Source of the DNA: Paragordius varius
Taxonomy: Eukaryota > Animalia > Nematomorpha
NCBI GenBank assembly: GCA_964247055.1
Contig: OZ176057.1
Coordinates: forward strand, 5,084,001 to 5,148,000
Direction: 5' to 3'
DNA: 64,000 nucleotides
In this document: in pieces, positions 39,233 through 52,558 of the stretch
How positions within the stretch are numbered: position 1 is the stretch's first letter
How the letters are laid out: the number at the start of each line of letters is the position of its first letter
Notes under the pieces: generated by a model
Database searches by the model: none
What the model was told of the DNA's origin: nothing
The model's input: only the letters and a program-made list of their open reading frames with translations
Position numbers and translations under genes: made by a program

Positions 39233-42200
39233 ATGAAGCAACCATCATGCCGTATATCCATACTACTATTTTCTATAATAATATTCCGGATCTATATATT
39301 AAAAGGCTCATGGACTAATACGGATGACTTATCTCTGCATCCTATATATATTTTCGCGTCGGAGAATGTTTCACAATATATTACGATCGAAGCTAAATCC
39401 TGTGATCCAATGTTAATAGAGAATGGAATGAAAATTGAGAATAATACCATACTCATACCAAAAAGGGCCAATTTTAGTGGATTGTATACATGTTTGACAA
39501 AATGGAATAGACCAATTAATTATACAATTTGGATCAAGGGTAGAATTAAATATAATTGGTTTTTTAGCATGCCCATAACAGAAAAATTTAAATTATATGG
39601 ACATCTTTGTTAAAAAGACAACCATACTTTTACAACCTTAATTTTTCCTTTATTAATGATTTAATTACATTTACCATTTTACATTATAATTTGCTGTTTA
39701 CAACAATGAAAGTTATATTAAAAGCGCAAAAGTCTTTAAAAATAATATTTGTCTTTACATTTTTACGTTTTGTCCGTATAACTTTAATTTTACATCAAAA
39801 TAATTTTAATTTTAGACATATATATATACATGCTATTAGCAAGAAACACGTTTGAATGGATATGGTGTGGGGATTGGAAAGCAGTTTTTGAAATTCCATA
39901 TTTCGATAAACTTTCCCCTCAAGGTTGGAACATAAAAATAAATGACACAACTTATAGTAATGAAAATTTTGAGATTGAAATGGTTAACAAAACAGCTGTG
40001 AGAGTTAAACTTTTAAATTTTCATCCAATTTTACAACATCAACGAAATGGTATTATCTCGCTTATGAACACAGGGGTGATGTTAGGACAACATAATTTTG
40101 TCATAACCGGTAATATGTGTATATTAAATAGTTTTTGCTACATACAGGGAAATCATATGGACAAAGCTTAAGATTATAAGGACAAATATTGTTAAAAAAT
40201 TGCTGTAATTATTTTTTATATATACAGTCATGTATCCTTTATTTTATCCAAATTTTTTATTTTTTGTTAAAGGGGTATAAATATTTAGTAAAGAATGGAC
40301 AAAACAAGAGCTCTATGGTATTGACACTATCATATTTATTAAAAATATAAGAATTACCATAGAGCTCTTGTTTTATTCTTTCCCAAATATTTAAACCCTT
40401 TAACGAAAAAAATAAATTTTTGATAAAATGAAAGATACATGACTGGATATCATTGCTTTTTTAATTGCAAAGTATGTGTTGGTATGTAAATTGAGACAAA
40501 TGCAATCATATATTTGACAATTGTAATTAAATAATTGTATGAGAAATTCAGGTAAAAAGTATGGCGGTTTTTGGAAAAAAAAAAGTCCTTATGTTTTTAA
40601 GTTTTGTTTGTATAAATTCATTTTTCTTATAATTAATAAGGGCAAGTGAGTAAAGCCTTCTCAATATTGGTTTTCTTAAATCCCTATTTTTCTTTTATTA
40701 CAATAAGATCTAAGGATTGGTAATTAAAAATGACCACATAAGTGTTGGTTTCTAATTATTTCATTTTCCAGAATTAACTATAATTTTTTTAGGCTGTTTT
40801 TTCCATACCAAAATACATGATTTCAAGCTCATTCACATGATTTAAAGCAGGGGCTGCGGCCCTCTGAGAACTATTGTGAGGCCCGCGAAAATTCGAAATT
40901 ACAAAATTATAAATAAAAAATTTACAGAATTTTAGTAAAATGGATATTTCGTTAAATTTTCTCAACAAATCTATACGATTAGCAATCTGGGTGAAAAGTT
41001 AAATAAATAATAATTATAACGTGTTTGCGTTTTTTTTACAGTCGTCTGTTTAAACTTTATTATTAATTAATGCCCTTTTTGGCCCGCCAAGCTTTTTGAT
41101 TTTGAAATGCAGCTCGCGAAGCCATTTGTGTTGCAGAGTCCTGGCCTGAATTATCCTTTCCAAAGAACTTAGAAAAATTGAAATTAAACGGACAACAAAT
41201 AAAACCATAAAGACATTTTTTAAAAGATAACCATACTTTAATTTAATTTATTTTATTAAAACTATATAACAATCATAAAATATGTAATTGATTGTGCTAC
41301 CATTATATATCCCTATACTTATTGTTGTTTACAATGAGTTATATTTATATCTACACTTAATATTTATGGTTGTCCTTTTTCAAAAAATATTTTCTTATAA
41401 TTTTAAGATCTTGTCCGTATAATTACAATTTTTCTAATATTTAGTTTTATTATATAATTTGGCGAAATTGTATTTCGATCTAAAAGGCAAATATATTTTT
41501 CTGTTATATATACAACAGAAAATAAAGCTCAAAAAATAGATCACATGTCTTTTGTTGGGGGAAAGGTTTTTAACAATAAAATTCCTTACTATGACGGCAG
41601 AAATGTTAAGCTAACTTTCAGTAATTTTGCGACAACATTTAACGCAACACACGAGGAAATTGAAAATATGGCACCCGAAATGAAAATCGATTTGAGAGGC
41701 ATGTATTGCCTTCATGTAGATAACCGACTCGTAGCATATGGACACATATCTTTGATAGGTATTACATTGGAATAAGTTATTGAATATTGTGATCAATTTT
41801 ATTATAGACTTATATATTTTAAGTGATTCAGCAGCTATATGTATTTAATTCATAGAGTATTTGGATAGGCCTATTTATATGTTGTAATGATGTGAGTAAA
41901 ACTGTACATCCATTTTTTCATTAAATATGGCCCGATAGCATATAAAACATAGAGCAATGTGATTAACAAAATAAAGGAAAAAAACTTTGACAATACATGT
42001 GATTACGTATACATTGCTAGAAAGTTATTAATTATTACCAAATAGCATATAGAACAAAGGGCAGTATTATGGCATATTAATTTTTTTCACTTTTTACTAT
42101 AAATAGCCAATTATAGTTTTCTTTGCTGCACATGTTATTTGGCAATAATTAATAGTACTAGCAATGTATATTTAATCATACTGTGCTTTGTTTGATGTTT

Positions 42201-45200
42201 AATAGCTAATAGAGTATGCACATTTATGTGGGCCTATTCCCATTATTGTTTTATTTGTAAGCAGCTATTACCCCTAATTACAAATTAATATTGTAATTGC
42301 TTAATTTCAACATTTTGTTTACCCATATACCACTGTAAATGTGCATACTGTACTAATATTACAATAACAAGTTTGTTTGTAATGTTGTTTTATCATGTAT
42401 TTATATTTCTTGTTTATATATAAACATGGAATACCTCATTTTACATTAAAAAATACGCAACAATATAGGGATACGTTAACAATTTAACACATGCTATTTA
42501 ACTTGGATAAGTGATTCAAATTCAAAGAGTATGGGCTTAAACCTAACAATAATTGGCAGGTCCATTATATTTATCACAAAAAACAATCAAATGATGTCTG
42601 CGAGCAATAAGAAAGACCAAAAAACTCGGTAAATAGATCTTGTAAAATAAAAAATGGACGTCAAATTGAAAATAGTAATACTTATGGAATTGTATTTCAA
42701 CGTCCCTGAAAAAAATCATTTGCATCGAATTGGGACGGGTCATAAGAATTGGCTGTATTTTGTAATTCCAAAGCTGAAAAAAATGTGGCCTTTAAGGCAA
42801 AATCACTTTGTCAAGAAAATCGTGCTTTGTTGGCAGGAGAGCGCGGGATTGTGTATTCTGTTTTGATAACTGTCTCAGTCAGCTACACCAGGGAATAGTA
42901 CCATAAAATTGTGATAGGAAATTCTTTGTTTATCCGCTGACCAATACACACATCAACTGAGCAACACTGCAATAAATGCTAAGACGGTGGAAATGGCTTG
43001 ACAAATGGTTTTCTGCAAAATATTATCAACTTTTAGGGCACGGTATACATATATTATCTGAGAGATGAGCGTAATGTGAACAAGTCGATGCACAATATTT
43101 TGAATAAATAGTTAATTAATTTCAAAACCATGTTAAAAGGCAGTAAAACCACATGACTGCACCTGGTAAGTACATGTTAAATGGATGTTTCTAATAACAA
43201 TATGAAAAAATCAATCCACGGGAACACTTGAAAAAATATCTGGACATAATTTTATATACATTTTGACAAGGGAAATCTATATATTGATAAAAATGGAAAA
43301 TGCTGGCTTTGTGATGTGTTTTTGGAAAACCGGTAGACCCATTCAAATCCAAATATCGAAAAAATATAATCATAAAGCCCCGACAATAGCTTTTTGAATT
43401 AGGCCCCTAGTTCGTGTAAAAAACGGTTATTTTTGAAAAGACAAGTCCACAAAAATCGTGACTTTGAGACAATTTTCTCGAAAACGTGTTGGACCATTCG
43501 ATTAATATGATTTATTTCACTTCTCGCTTTTTTAATTTAGGCCCTCTTTTTACCCGCTCCCCCCAGTAAATGCCATGTCCACAAAAATAATTTTTTGAAT
43601 TAATTTTTCGCCCAAGGTATGAGACCGTAAAAATTCAATAGGAATCCAGGTATTCCCTGTTAAAAGGCAAAATTTTTGCCAAGCATTCTTTGATGAAAGC
43701 TGGTAAGGAGATACCCGCCAAAGACTGTGCCACTATAAAGATATTGCGTTATTTAGGAACTAATTTAAAACTTATGACATATGAGCTCATTTAAAGATTC
43801 ATTACCCGTAACTAATTAAAAATTATGGTCTGGCTTTTTTTATTAGCCGTTAATTTGGGGCCTTTATGCCCTAAAAATACGTCATCATATAACGATTATT
43901 TGGTGTTGAGGTATTTTTTCGAATAACCCATGAAACAATGGTCTAGGATGATTTCAAATATTTTCCCTATAAAGCCAATACATTTAACTTAGCGCCTTTT
44001 CCGTATAGGCCTATGGGTAGGGGTCTACCTTTCCGTTAGCCGTCAATTTGGAGCCTTTACGCCAGTAAACAATATATTAAAATGAATGCACCGTGTTGAA
44101 AATCCTATAAGATCATAGTTATTTAATGTTTCGAAATAATCCACATATATTGATCGTTATGTCCCCTTTTTTCAAATAGCCCCCAGAAGCAGGCTGCGTA
44201 GCAGCACGAAATTTACGCTAGTATTATATATAAAAATATTAAAGGTACGGAGATGATATGTGCCTATTATAATTTTATAAAAAAAAGTAGCTCATAAACA
44301 ATAATAAATTTTTTTCATATTCATTCAAATACGAATGGTGTCTTTTTACTATTTGAAATAGCTTTGTTGATGACCATAGATCTCTTGTAAATGCTTGTTA
44401 TCAATGAACATCAAAGCTACTTTTTCCCGAAATTAAAATACGACGGATTTAAAGAAATTACAAATCTATTTAACAGTACTTAATTCTATGTCATTTCACG
44501 ATCCGAGGTAAAGCTGTTTCCAGCTTATTTTCAAACAGTGATGTTTTATTTGGCTTTGAAATTAAGGCTCACTATAAAATGTAACACATCGTGACAAATT
44601 AATATTTGTGCTAAATTGCAATACATATGAGAAAAGTTATTAGAACTTAATACGATTTGGAGCTTGTTGATTAAGGAATGTTAGATATAGCATAGACCTA
44701 AATATAAAATTCAAGCATATATTTTTATTTAAGAATATTAATTAAACATAAACCAGAAAATTTGGGATTTTGCCAACTTATATCAAGATTGTATTTAAAT
44801 AAAAAATTAATGTTTTAATGATGCCAATTATGTTCTTTAGTGCGGCTATGCTCGTCTGACCTGATAATCATATAATGGCATTTAAATACTAATTATTGCA
44901 GCGGAATTAATTTATTTTTTTATATATATTCCGATAGAGTTATACGAAACAAGATCAGTAACCGTTGGCCAGTTAGTACATGTCGAATTTAGTAAAAACG
45001 ACTATTTTTATCAAGAACTCAGTAATGATGATTCTTCAAATACTATGATTTGTTTGTTCCATAATTACCATCACATAATCGACCCAAAATATGTTTTCAG
45101 CAAAACCTGGTTTATGGGTGAGAATTTTAATATGGGAATTTATGTAAAGGATGGACATGATTATGTTTTAGTCAAAGAGATAAATTTCATTCAAACATCC

Positions 45201-45431
45201 AAGAAAACAGTTGCAAAGATATCCAAGACTAATTACACTTTTGAACGCTCCTGTAATCAGTATTACAAGGATCCCAATCGTGAATGTCGAATTACTATTA
45301 GAGATCAAAATTATAGTCAAACAACTCCCGAGATAAGTTTGAGTATGGAACATGACAATGGGAAAAGCGACATTTATGTTGATGGAATACTGGCTGAGAA
45401 AATCACGGTTTACAAAAGGCCAAGAAATTGA
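39233..45431 (+). CDS. Orphan secreted glycoprotein with Ig-like modules, 4 exons, 444 aa
   Basis: Exons 39233-39539, 39816-40109, 41519-41758, 44938-45431 join through three phase-1 GT-AG introns into one 1335-nt frame. It has a hydrophobic N-terminus, SGLYTC and RGMYC Ig-type F-strand motifs, many N-x-S/T sequons, and no transmembrane segment that I can see. The 3' end is taken at the in-frame TGA. Confidence 0.7.
40847..41137. mobile_element. Degenerate hAT-type MITE
   Basis: CAGGGGCTGCGGCCC..GGCCCGCG ... GTTGCAGAGTCCTG, with Charlie-like subterminal GGCCC motifs. Confidence 0.5.
42540..43168 (+). mobile_element. Decayed mariner (Mos1/mauritiana-like) transposase fragment with right TIR
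   Basis: Frameshifted pieces match Mos1: RQIEN..KKS/HLHRIGTG..WLYFVIPKLKK (FLHRIVTGDEKWIFFVNPKRKK), ERGIVYSVL, and KWLDKWFSAK..GIHILSER..QYFE*. The element ends ..ACATGACTGCACCTGG-TA, whose reverse complement TA-CCAGGTG resembles the Mos1 TIR. Confidence 0.85.
43276..44221 (+). mobile_element. Non-autonomous Helitron
   Basis: 5' A|TCTATAT, 3' hairpin GCTGC-GTA-GCAGC followed by CTAG|T. The 5' part is homologous to 9160-9560 and, inverted, to 35440-35747. Confidence 0.75.
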
Positions 45432-45984
45432 TTATATTTTACAGTAAAAATTAAAATTATACGGAGACTAAACATTGAAATATAAAGATAATTATTTTTT
45501 TTTCAATAAATCTTTGTACTTTTTTACACCGTTTTTATCCAATTACAAATTATATAGATGTGTAGAAAGCAGTAACACAATTAACTATGTAATTTAACGG
45601 TGTTGTCTTTTGAAAAATATTGCTTATTATATATTTAATTCTTTTTAATTATATTTTTACTATATATAAATTTTAATAAATGATGTTGTGCTTTCATATT
45701 AATTTTAAAAAATGTTTGGTTAAAGTAAAATTATTTTTTTTGGGCAAATAATTGAAATTTAATAATTGTAAATAATGGGTGGAGTGATAAAAATTTTTTT
45801 TGACCTAACTTAGAAGTTTTCAAGTCATGACTTGATTTCATGAGTTAAAAAATTTTTACATTAGAGGATTAAAGTCAAGCATGGGAAACTTAATTCGGAT
45901 GTGATGAAATATCAAATGATCAAGTAAAACTTGAAGATTTTGAATGCGTGGTAAAATATAGGGCACACTTACATAGTTAAAAAT

Positions 45985-46000
45985 ATAGATAAAATTTTTA

Positions 46001-46066
<66 letters not shown>
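45985..46066. repeat. (TA)n microsatellite; one of many (e.g. 5757-5837, 20445-20507, 21810-21848, 25790-25853, 47995-48037, 61201-61256)
   Basis: Read directly from the sequence. Confidence 0.95.
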
Positions 46067-46072
<6 letters not shown>

Positions 46073-47990
46073 GCATGTAAATAAATTGATAAAATTTTTG
46101 GGAAAACTCCGCTAAATATATAAAAGTTGCATCTGACGCGCATTTATTCCGTGAACCCTTAAAAAACATTCGCAAACAGCAGAGCCATATTTTGAATCAA
46201 TTTTTAATACACCACATAAAATTGTCATTGTGTTACCGTTAATTTTATTTTGAAAATTTGATATATACTGACTCACACACCGTATGAATTTGAAAGCTAT
46301 TGACTAATTTGTATATAAACAGAAATAATTTATATAATTTTTATTTTTTTATAAATAAAACAAATGATGAATCAATTAACTAATCACAAGGTTAAATAAA
46401 ATCCTAAAAATGTATATATCTTAAAATTATCATAATCTTTTTAACTTATTAATTACTTTAAAATGTCATTGTAAATTTAATTAATGTAAGTAAGTATATT
46501 ATATCTAATTTAAAATCAATGTTCATTAATTTTGATAAATTCATCAACGCTAAAAGTTAATTTACAGGATGAGTAAGTATAAATTGTAAGAAAGTTTTTA
46601 ATTATTGCCAAATAATATATGCAGCACAGAGAATTATTGGCTAATGATAGTAAAAAGCGGAAAAAATAACTAGCCAATAATACTGACCTTTGTTGCATAT
46701 GATTGCTATTCGGCAATAATTCATAACTATCAAGAATGTATGTTTACTCATACTGAATATTATAAGAACATGTAAAGTGTATATTTCATCATAAATTTAT
46801 TTCAAATGTAAAGTTTAATAATTATTAGTAATATATTGTTATATTTATGTCCATCCCATTAAATTTACTAAAGAGCTAACAAAATGAATAGCTAAACGCG
46901 TGGTAAACACTAGGGCATATAACTCGATTGAAATAGGGAAAAATATATAATCAATTTTAAATAATTCTTTTGGAGCTTAGATAAATGTTCTATCATTATA
47001 ATGCGTTATACCTAAAAACATTATGCTATACTTGTGGTAAAATGGAGTGTTTAGTGGTTTCATCAAATAAAATTTTAGATACCTGGCACAATTTAAATCA
47101 ATATGATAATTCCAACATACGTGTCATTGAGTTTGTTAGACAATAAATTTATATTGTATTGGTTGTTCATCTTTTTACCTCATTATATATATTTTGGTTG
47201 AAACTTTCCGTGAAATTCGAAGGAAGGGGGGAGGTCAAAAAATATGTAACATTCAAAAGCAAAAGACTTGATTTAAGTTTTTTCATCACCGATCTTCAAG
47301 TGTACGTTTGCTGGCTTAAACTTGAATAAAGTCAAGTGCGACTTTATTTATCGCCCCCAATATGTATGCGATCAGATTAAACTATATATTTTCATTTATG
47401 CCATAGTTATCTTTGTAAATATTACGTTAGTTTAAAACAAATTTTCCAAAATAGATATTTATAGATAAAATTCAAAATTTTTTAATAGTTAGGTAATTAT
47501 TATATTACTTAAAAGAGTTAGACTTAACAAGGGAATTAATAACCATAATATTTTATAGCTGTTTACGGACTCATTTATAATTTAAATCAGGGCTTCCTAA
47601 ACTTTTGTAACTCCCGACCCCATTTGTGATTGCGAGTTTTTTACGACCCCAACAATTAAAAAAGAAAAATAAATTAATATTTTGACAATATGTTTTTTTG
47701 GGTAACAATATACATGTGCATATGAAAATATTTAAATTCAGAAATTCGTTTTGAAACGTATAAAAATAAAAATTGTAATTTGCACAAATGTTATAGAAAT
47801 GATATTATCGTTTCAGAAACAAAAGAGGATTCTGATCGTCCTAATTCATTTGAATATATATATATATATATATATATAAAATTTAACCGTATGCCCTTTG
47901 AATAGAATTTCTAATATCTGAATTTCGTAGCAGCTTTAAATCGTAAAAACTTACACAGCTTAAGAATCGGGGAATAGCATAATCCTGGTA

Positions 47991-48039
<49 letters not shown>

Positions 48040-51000
48040 AAAATGCAATGATACTTTTGTTTTTGGCCCTTACGAATGATATAATATAAAGTTTTTAACT
48101 TATGTAATAAGTGCTCTAGATCAGAAATCGGATTCGCGCACATATTTTAAATAAATTTTTTTGCTGAAAATGCTTCTATATAAAAAACGTTACTAAAATA
48201 CCTCAAACAACCTAAAATAGAAAAAAATATTTTAAAATATTAAGTTTTCAGATGTGGGCTCCGAAAGTTCCAAACTTTTTTTCTCTTCTAAAATAGGCCA
48301 TTTTTAAAATAAACGCAAAAATGCCGACATTGTGGGATAAATTTTTTTAATAAATGCCAATTTTTTTATAAATATTTTTAAAATGCTACTTTTTTCAGCA
48401 ATTTAATTGCAAAATTGAAGCATCTATTATGATGCACTATAGAAACGATACAAAAATTCAAGATATTATAAAAACACCCTTATTACATAATTCGTGGATG
48501 CTGAACATTTTTATCACCTCAGAATTTCGATTAAAATATTTGTTTATCAAATTTTCGTTATTTATTAATGGTGTTTAATAGTAAAGATTTATTATATATA
48601 TATATATAAGGAGTCGGTGTGCATAGTGTCTGCGCCATTAATGATTTATTGACATGGTGCAATTACCACAAAATCATAAATGTTTTTTCATATTAAACGT
48701 AAGAAACACCACAACCATAATGCCGATGCATCTTAATATATCATGGTAGTTATGATCTTTATTCTTAGAAATTATACATTTACCCATATAATTTTTTTGT
48801 ATTATTATCAAGGTCTATCAAAAAAGAGTTAATCAGACCCCTACCGTCACTGTCCACAAAAGACGCCCCTTGCTGCCCTTTCATGCACCAGAAAATGGTG
48901 GTTCAGTGACACCTTAGTTGCGTCGGATGTTAGGTTCACTTCTAGGGATATAATGATGCGTTATAAATATAAGACTTGTATGAAATTAAATGAAGATTGG
49001 TATAAGCTAAAGTGACCAGATAGGCTGTTTTTCGCAGTACAGTACTGGATTTTCAGAAAATAACTGCGACTGCACTGTGCCCACTTTTGTACCGCTTTTT
49101 GAAATTTAAAAATTAATTATTTATGAATATATATTATTTACCTTTTATTTATTCAAAGAAAAATTATTTTTTTTGATATAGTATCCTCTGTAAAAATAAC
49201 CCCATAATTTGTTAGGAAATGGTTCATTTTGGGGTAAAAAACAAGATTGGCTTATTTTTAATTGGTTAATATTTCTGCTCGAATTATACAAATTGGATTA
49301 TGGATCGGTCAAACCGCTTTTGCAGCCTTTCGCGCAGTGGCGAAACTATAAATCTCGGATTCCACCGTTAGATTCAGGCTGATGGCTCTTTCAGACAGGG
49401 CTTCCGAAATTAGCATTAATTTATCATGTTTTAATAAATTTTTGATCAAGTTTAGAAAGTTTATTATTTGTTATAATTATCAAACGGAAAATTATATAGA
49501 AATTGTTATTCCCTATGGCATATGATTTCGAAATAACCTTTTTTTCGTAAAAAATTAAGAATTTTTATGCTTCCATACTCATTAGGTGGGAGGTATGTTA
49601 ATAACTTATTTTTTTCCTAATTATTATTATTTTTCTCATTTTTTTGCATAAACAAATAGATTTTTTGTTTTAAAGCGTACTTCAAACTATGTTAAAGCAT
49701 GATGAAACGGTCTAACCCTTTAAGATATAATATAACCTCTTTTCTAAATAATTTGATGATGATTAACATTACTATAGGTTGAGAAATTTGATTTGAAGGT
49801 TTGTTTGCTGATTTTGGTGAATTCACAATTTTTATTTAACATAAATTTGAAAACAAACAAATATTTAAATTAAAATTCTGAGAAGAATGTTTAGCATTAT
49901 CGAATTATATATATATAAATGGTCTAACATCTTAACCGTTTATATCGTTTCCAGCGTCCTAAAAATAGTATGAAGTACGCTTCAACGAAATTTTGCTAAA
50001 AATTAAATTTTTGAAAGTATGAATTTTTTAAAAAATAAATATAGTCGATATCAAAATTTAGCATATATTTGAAATAATTGCACAATGTCGGATTTTCGTG
50101 CTTTTTTAAGAACAATCTGTTTTAAAAGAGCCAAAAAATTTGGGACTTTCAGAGCCCCCCTAACAATTATATATAAAAAAATTTTTATGCCTTTTATATG
50201 AGTTTATGTTATATTTTAGTGATATTTTTTGAAATAAAGTATTAAGTTTTCACCTTGAAATCGCGCACCTTTTGCAATTTAATGCGGAACACTTACCACA
50301 CAAGTGCTATTAACTTTCTTTAATAATAAAGGTTAAAACCAAAAGCACCATGAAAATCCTGATATTTCATCATGATATTTTTTGTGGAAACTGTTATATA
50401 CCATACCGATTGTGTAAAAACAGCTGAGTATGTTTTAATTTTGTACTGCGTCAAAGTTTTAAATATCAGGTCACATTACCTTAACCCAAATTAAAAACCT
50501 TTATATATACCATTTATATAACCAAAAATTTATTCTTGAACATTCTCAATTAACCCTAAAAGTGAATTTGTATTTTATTATATTTTCAAAAAATTAAACC
50601 TTGTTTGAAATCAACACAATACAGGAAAGAACATCCATCATGTATATATAATTACATTTCCTATATTCGAATAGAGGGGTCCAAAAACGAATAAAATATT
50701 AATTGATAGGGAGTTATGTGAATACTTTTAGTTGTATAAAAATGAATTATTAGCTTCCTTGATTTTAGTCGGCAAAAATATGGATACTATAGAAACTGAA
50801 AAATATATATCAATCATTAAAATAAATCCATTTTCGTGCAAAAGAATAGTAAATTTAAACATCATGCAAAAGGTTCATGTGATTAATATAAAGTTGTGAT
50901 TTCCATGTGCAAAATTTAATTGAGTCAATTTTTTACATACAATAACGATTTAAAATAAAATTTAAGTGCGTATTTTAAGCAATTCGGCCGTTTAAAAAAA

Positions 51001-51229
51001 TAAAGATTGCACATAATTTAAAAAAAAGGTGGCTCGCAAAGCCAAATATTTCATAAATGAAAGATTTTAACTGTGGCTCGCTTTTCATACAGTTTCAGCC
51101 GTATGTATTTGCCGGTAGGATTTCACAAGAGTCAATTTTATAAATTGAATTGATTTAAAGCGACTATGATAGTAATTAGAAAAAAATTTATATTTGAAAG
51201 CTGGTTGAGAGATAAATTTGAAGGCTTTA

Positions 51230-51790
51230 GGCCTTCTTCTCAATTGCGCAGACAACCAAGCAAAGATCGGAGCGGGATTGAAGGAGCTATTACGAGGTAA
51301 ATATATTATTTAGGTGGATTACATTCTATGGTCGTTTGTCTCCTACAAAGATTTGGAAGCATACTACTCAAGCAGGAGCCGTGGGTATAAAGCTCGGACT
51401 TGGCCGATCGATGGGAGGCTCATGGTCGGGAAACGGAGCCCACTAATTGCGAGGTAAACTTAGTGTGTAGGTGGATGGAGTTTGGCCATTTGGACGGAAC
51501 TTGGTTGGCAAGATTTGGAGCCACTCATCAAAATTGGCAGGAGAGGATGATGGCGACTTGCACAAGTCAAACAACACTGCCTCTTTAAGGATTCTATTCG
51601 GCTCGAGTCCTGTTTCTCATGTGGGAGAAAATTTCCTCTTTTGGGGAAAGTCAACTCTTGTAATTAAAAGAGTTGTTTTTCCTCCAAAGTGTGGAGGATT
51701 TGTTTCTCCTATTAGAGAAGTCGGGCCTAAAGTCCAAATATTTTGAGCACTCTTACTCCCGGATTGCCCCTTGAAGGGGGAAGGTGTTAT
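51230..51790 (+). mobile_element. Probable gypsy LTR-retrotransposon 3' internal relic
   Basis: GC-rich island with a chromodomain-like stretch (LVCRWMEFG..DGTW). It ends in the polypurine tract GAAGGGGGAAGG (51773-51784) followed by TGTTAT, an LTR-like start. Confidence 0.45.
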
Positions 51791-52520
51791 ATATATTTAT
51801 TTATATTTTTTTCAATCAAAAAAAACAAGAACATTATTCATTGAGTTATTATAAATATTATTCATTTTCTTTGAAATCATTCTTGTTTAGTTGAAGTATT
51901 CTTGATTTTCAGTCAATTCGTTGTAGAAAAATAATAAGTATTATTAGCTTTATAATATTTTTTTCGCTTTATACTTTCTAGCAATATATACTAACTCATA
52001 CTGTAAATTATAAAACTATAACATCAAAAGTCAAAATGATGCGATACTTATTAAAATTTAAGTTTGTACATGTGTATATTAACCAAATATATTGGAATTT
52101 CAAAAAGATCAGCTGTTCAGTTACCGGTTACTAAAAAAGTTTGTGGGTAAAGTCATAAACTAAAAACTACAAACAATCAATATATAAATTAATTTACAAT
52201 ATTATGTGAAAATTTGAAGAAATGCGTGGCTCTCGGCCTGCATCGCAGCCCGAGGAAGTCCTGCGTATTCCATCCCAATGGAACCGATTTTTACTAAATT
52301 TCAGGAACCGGGTTCCGGTTCCAAACCCTGAAATATATCTTTATGGCAGAGTTTATTATTTTTTCAGTATTATTGCAATTTAACACATAATTTTGTTTTT
52401 TAAAAATATATAAAAATATAGGTAGTTTTTAATCTTAAAAAACATATATTTTATTTAAGTGTGAAGAATTGTTCGAGGGTAAATTTGAATTGCTTAAGGG
52501 TGAATTTGAATTGTAAATGG

Positions 52521-52558
<38 letters not shown>

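Noticed and set aside
45856-46175. ORFs with YIYIYI runs (also 25551-25817, 47883-48143, 52461-52646)
   Set aside because: They are read-through of (TA)n microsatellites or MITE sequence.
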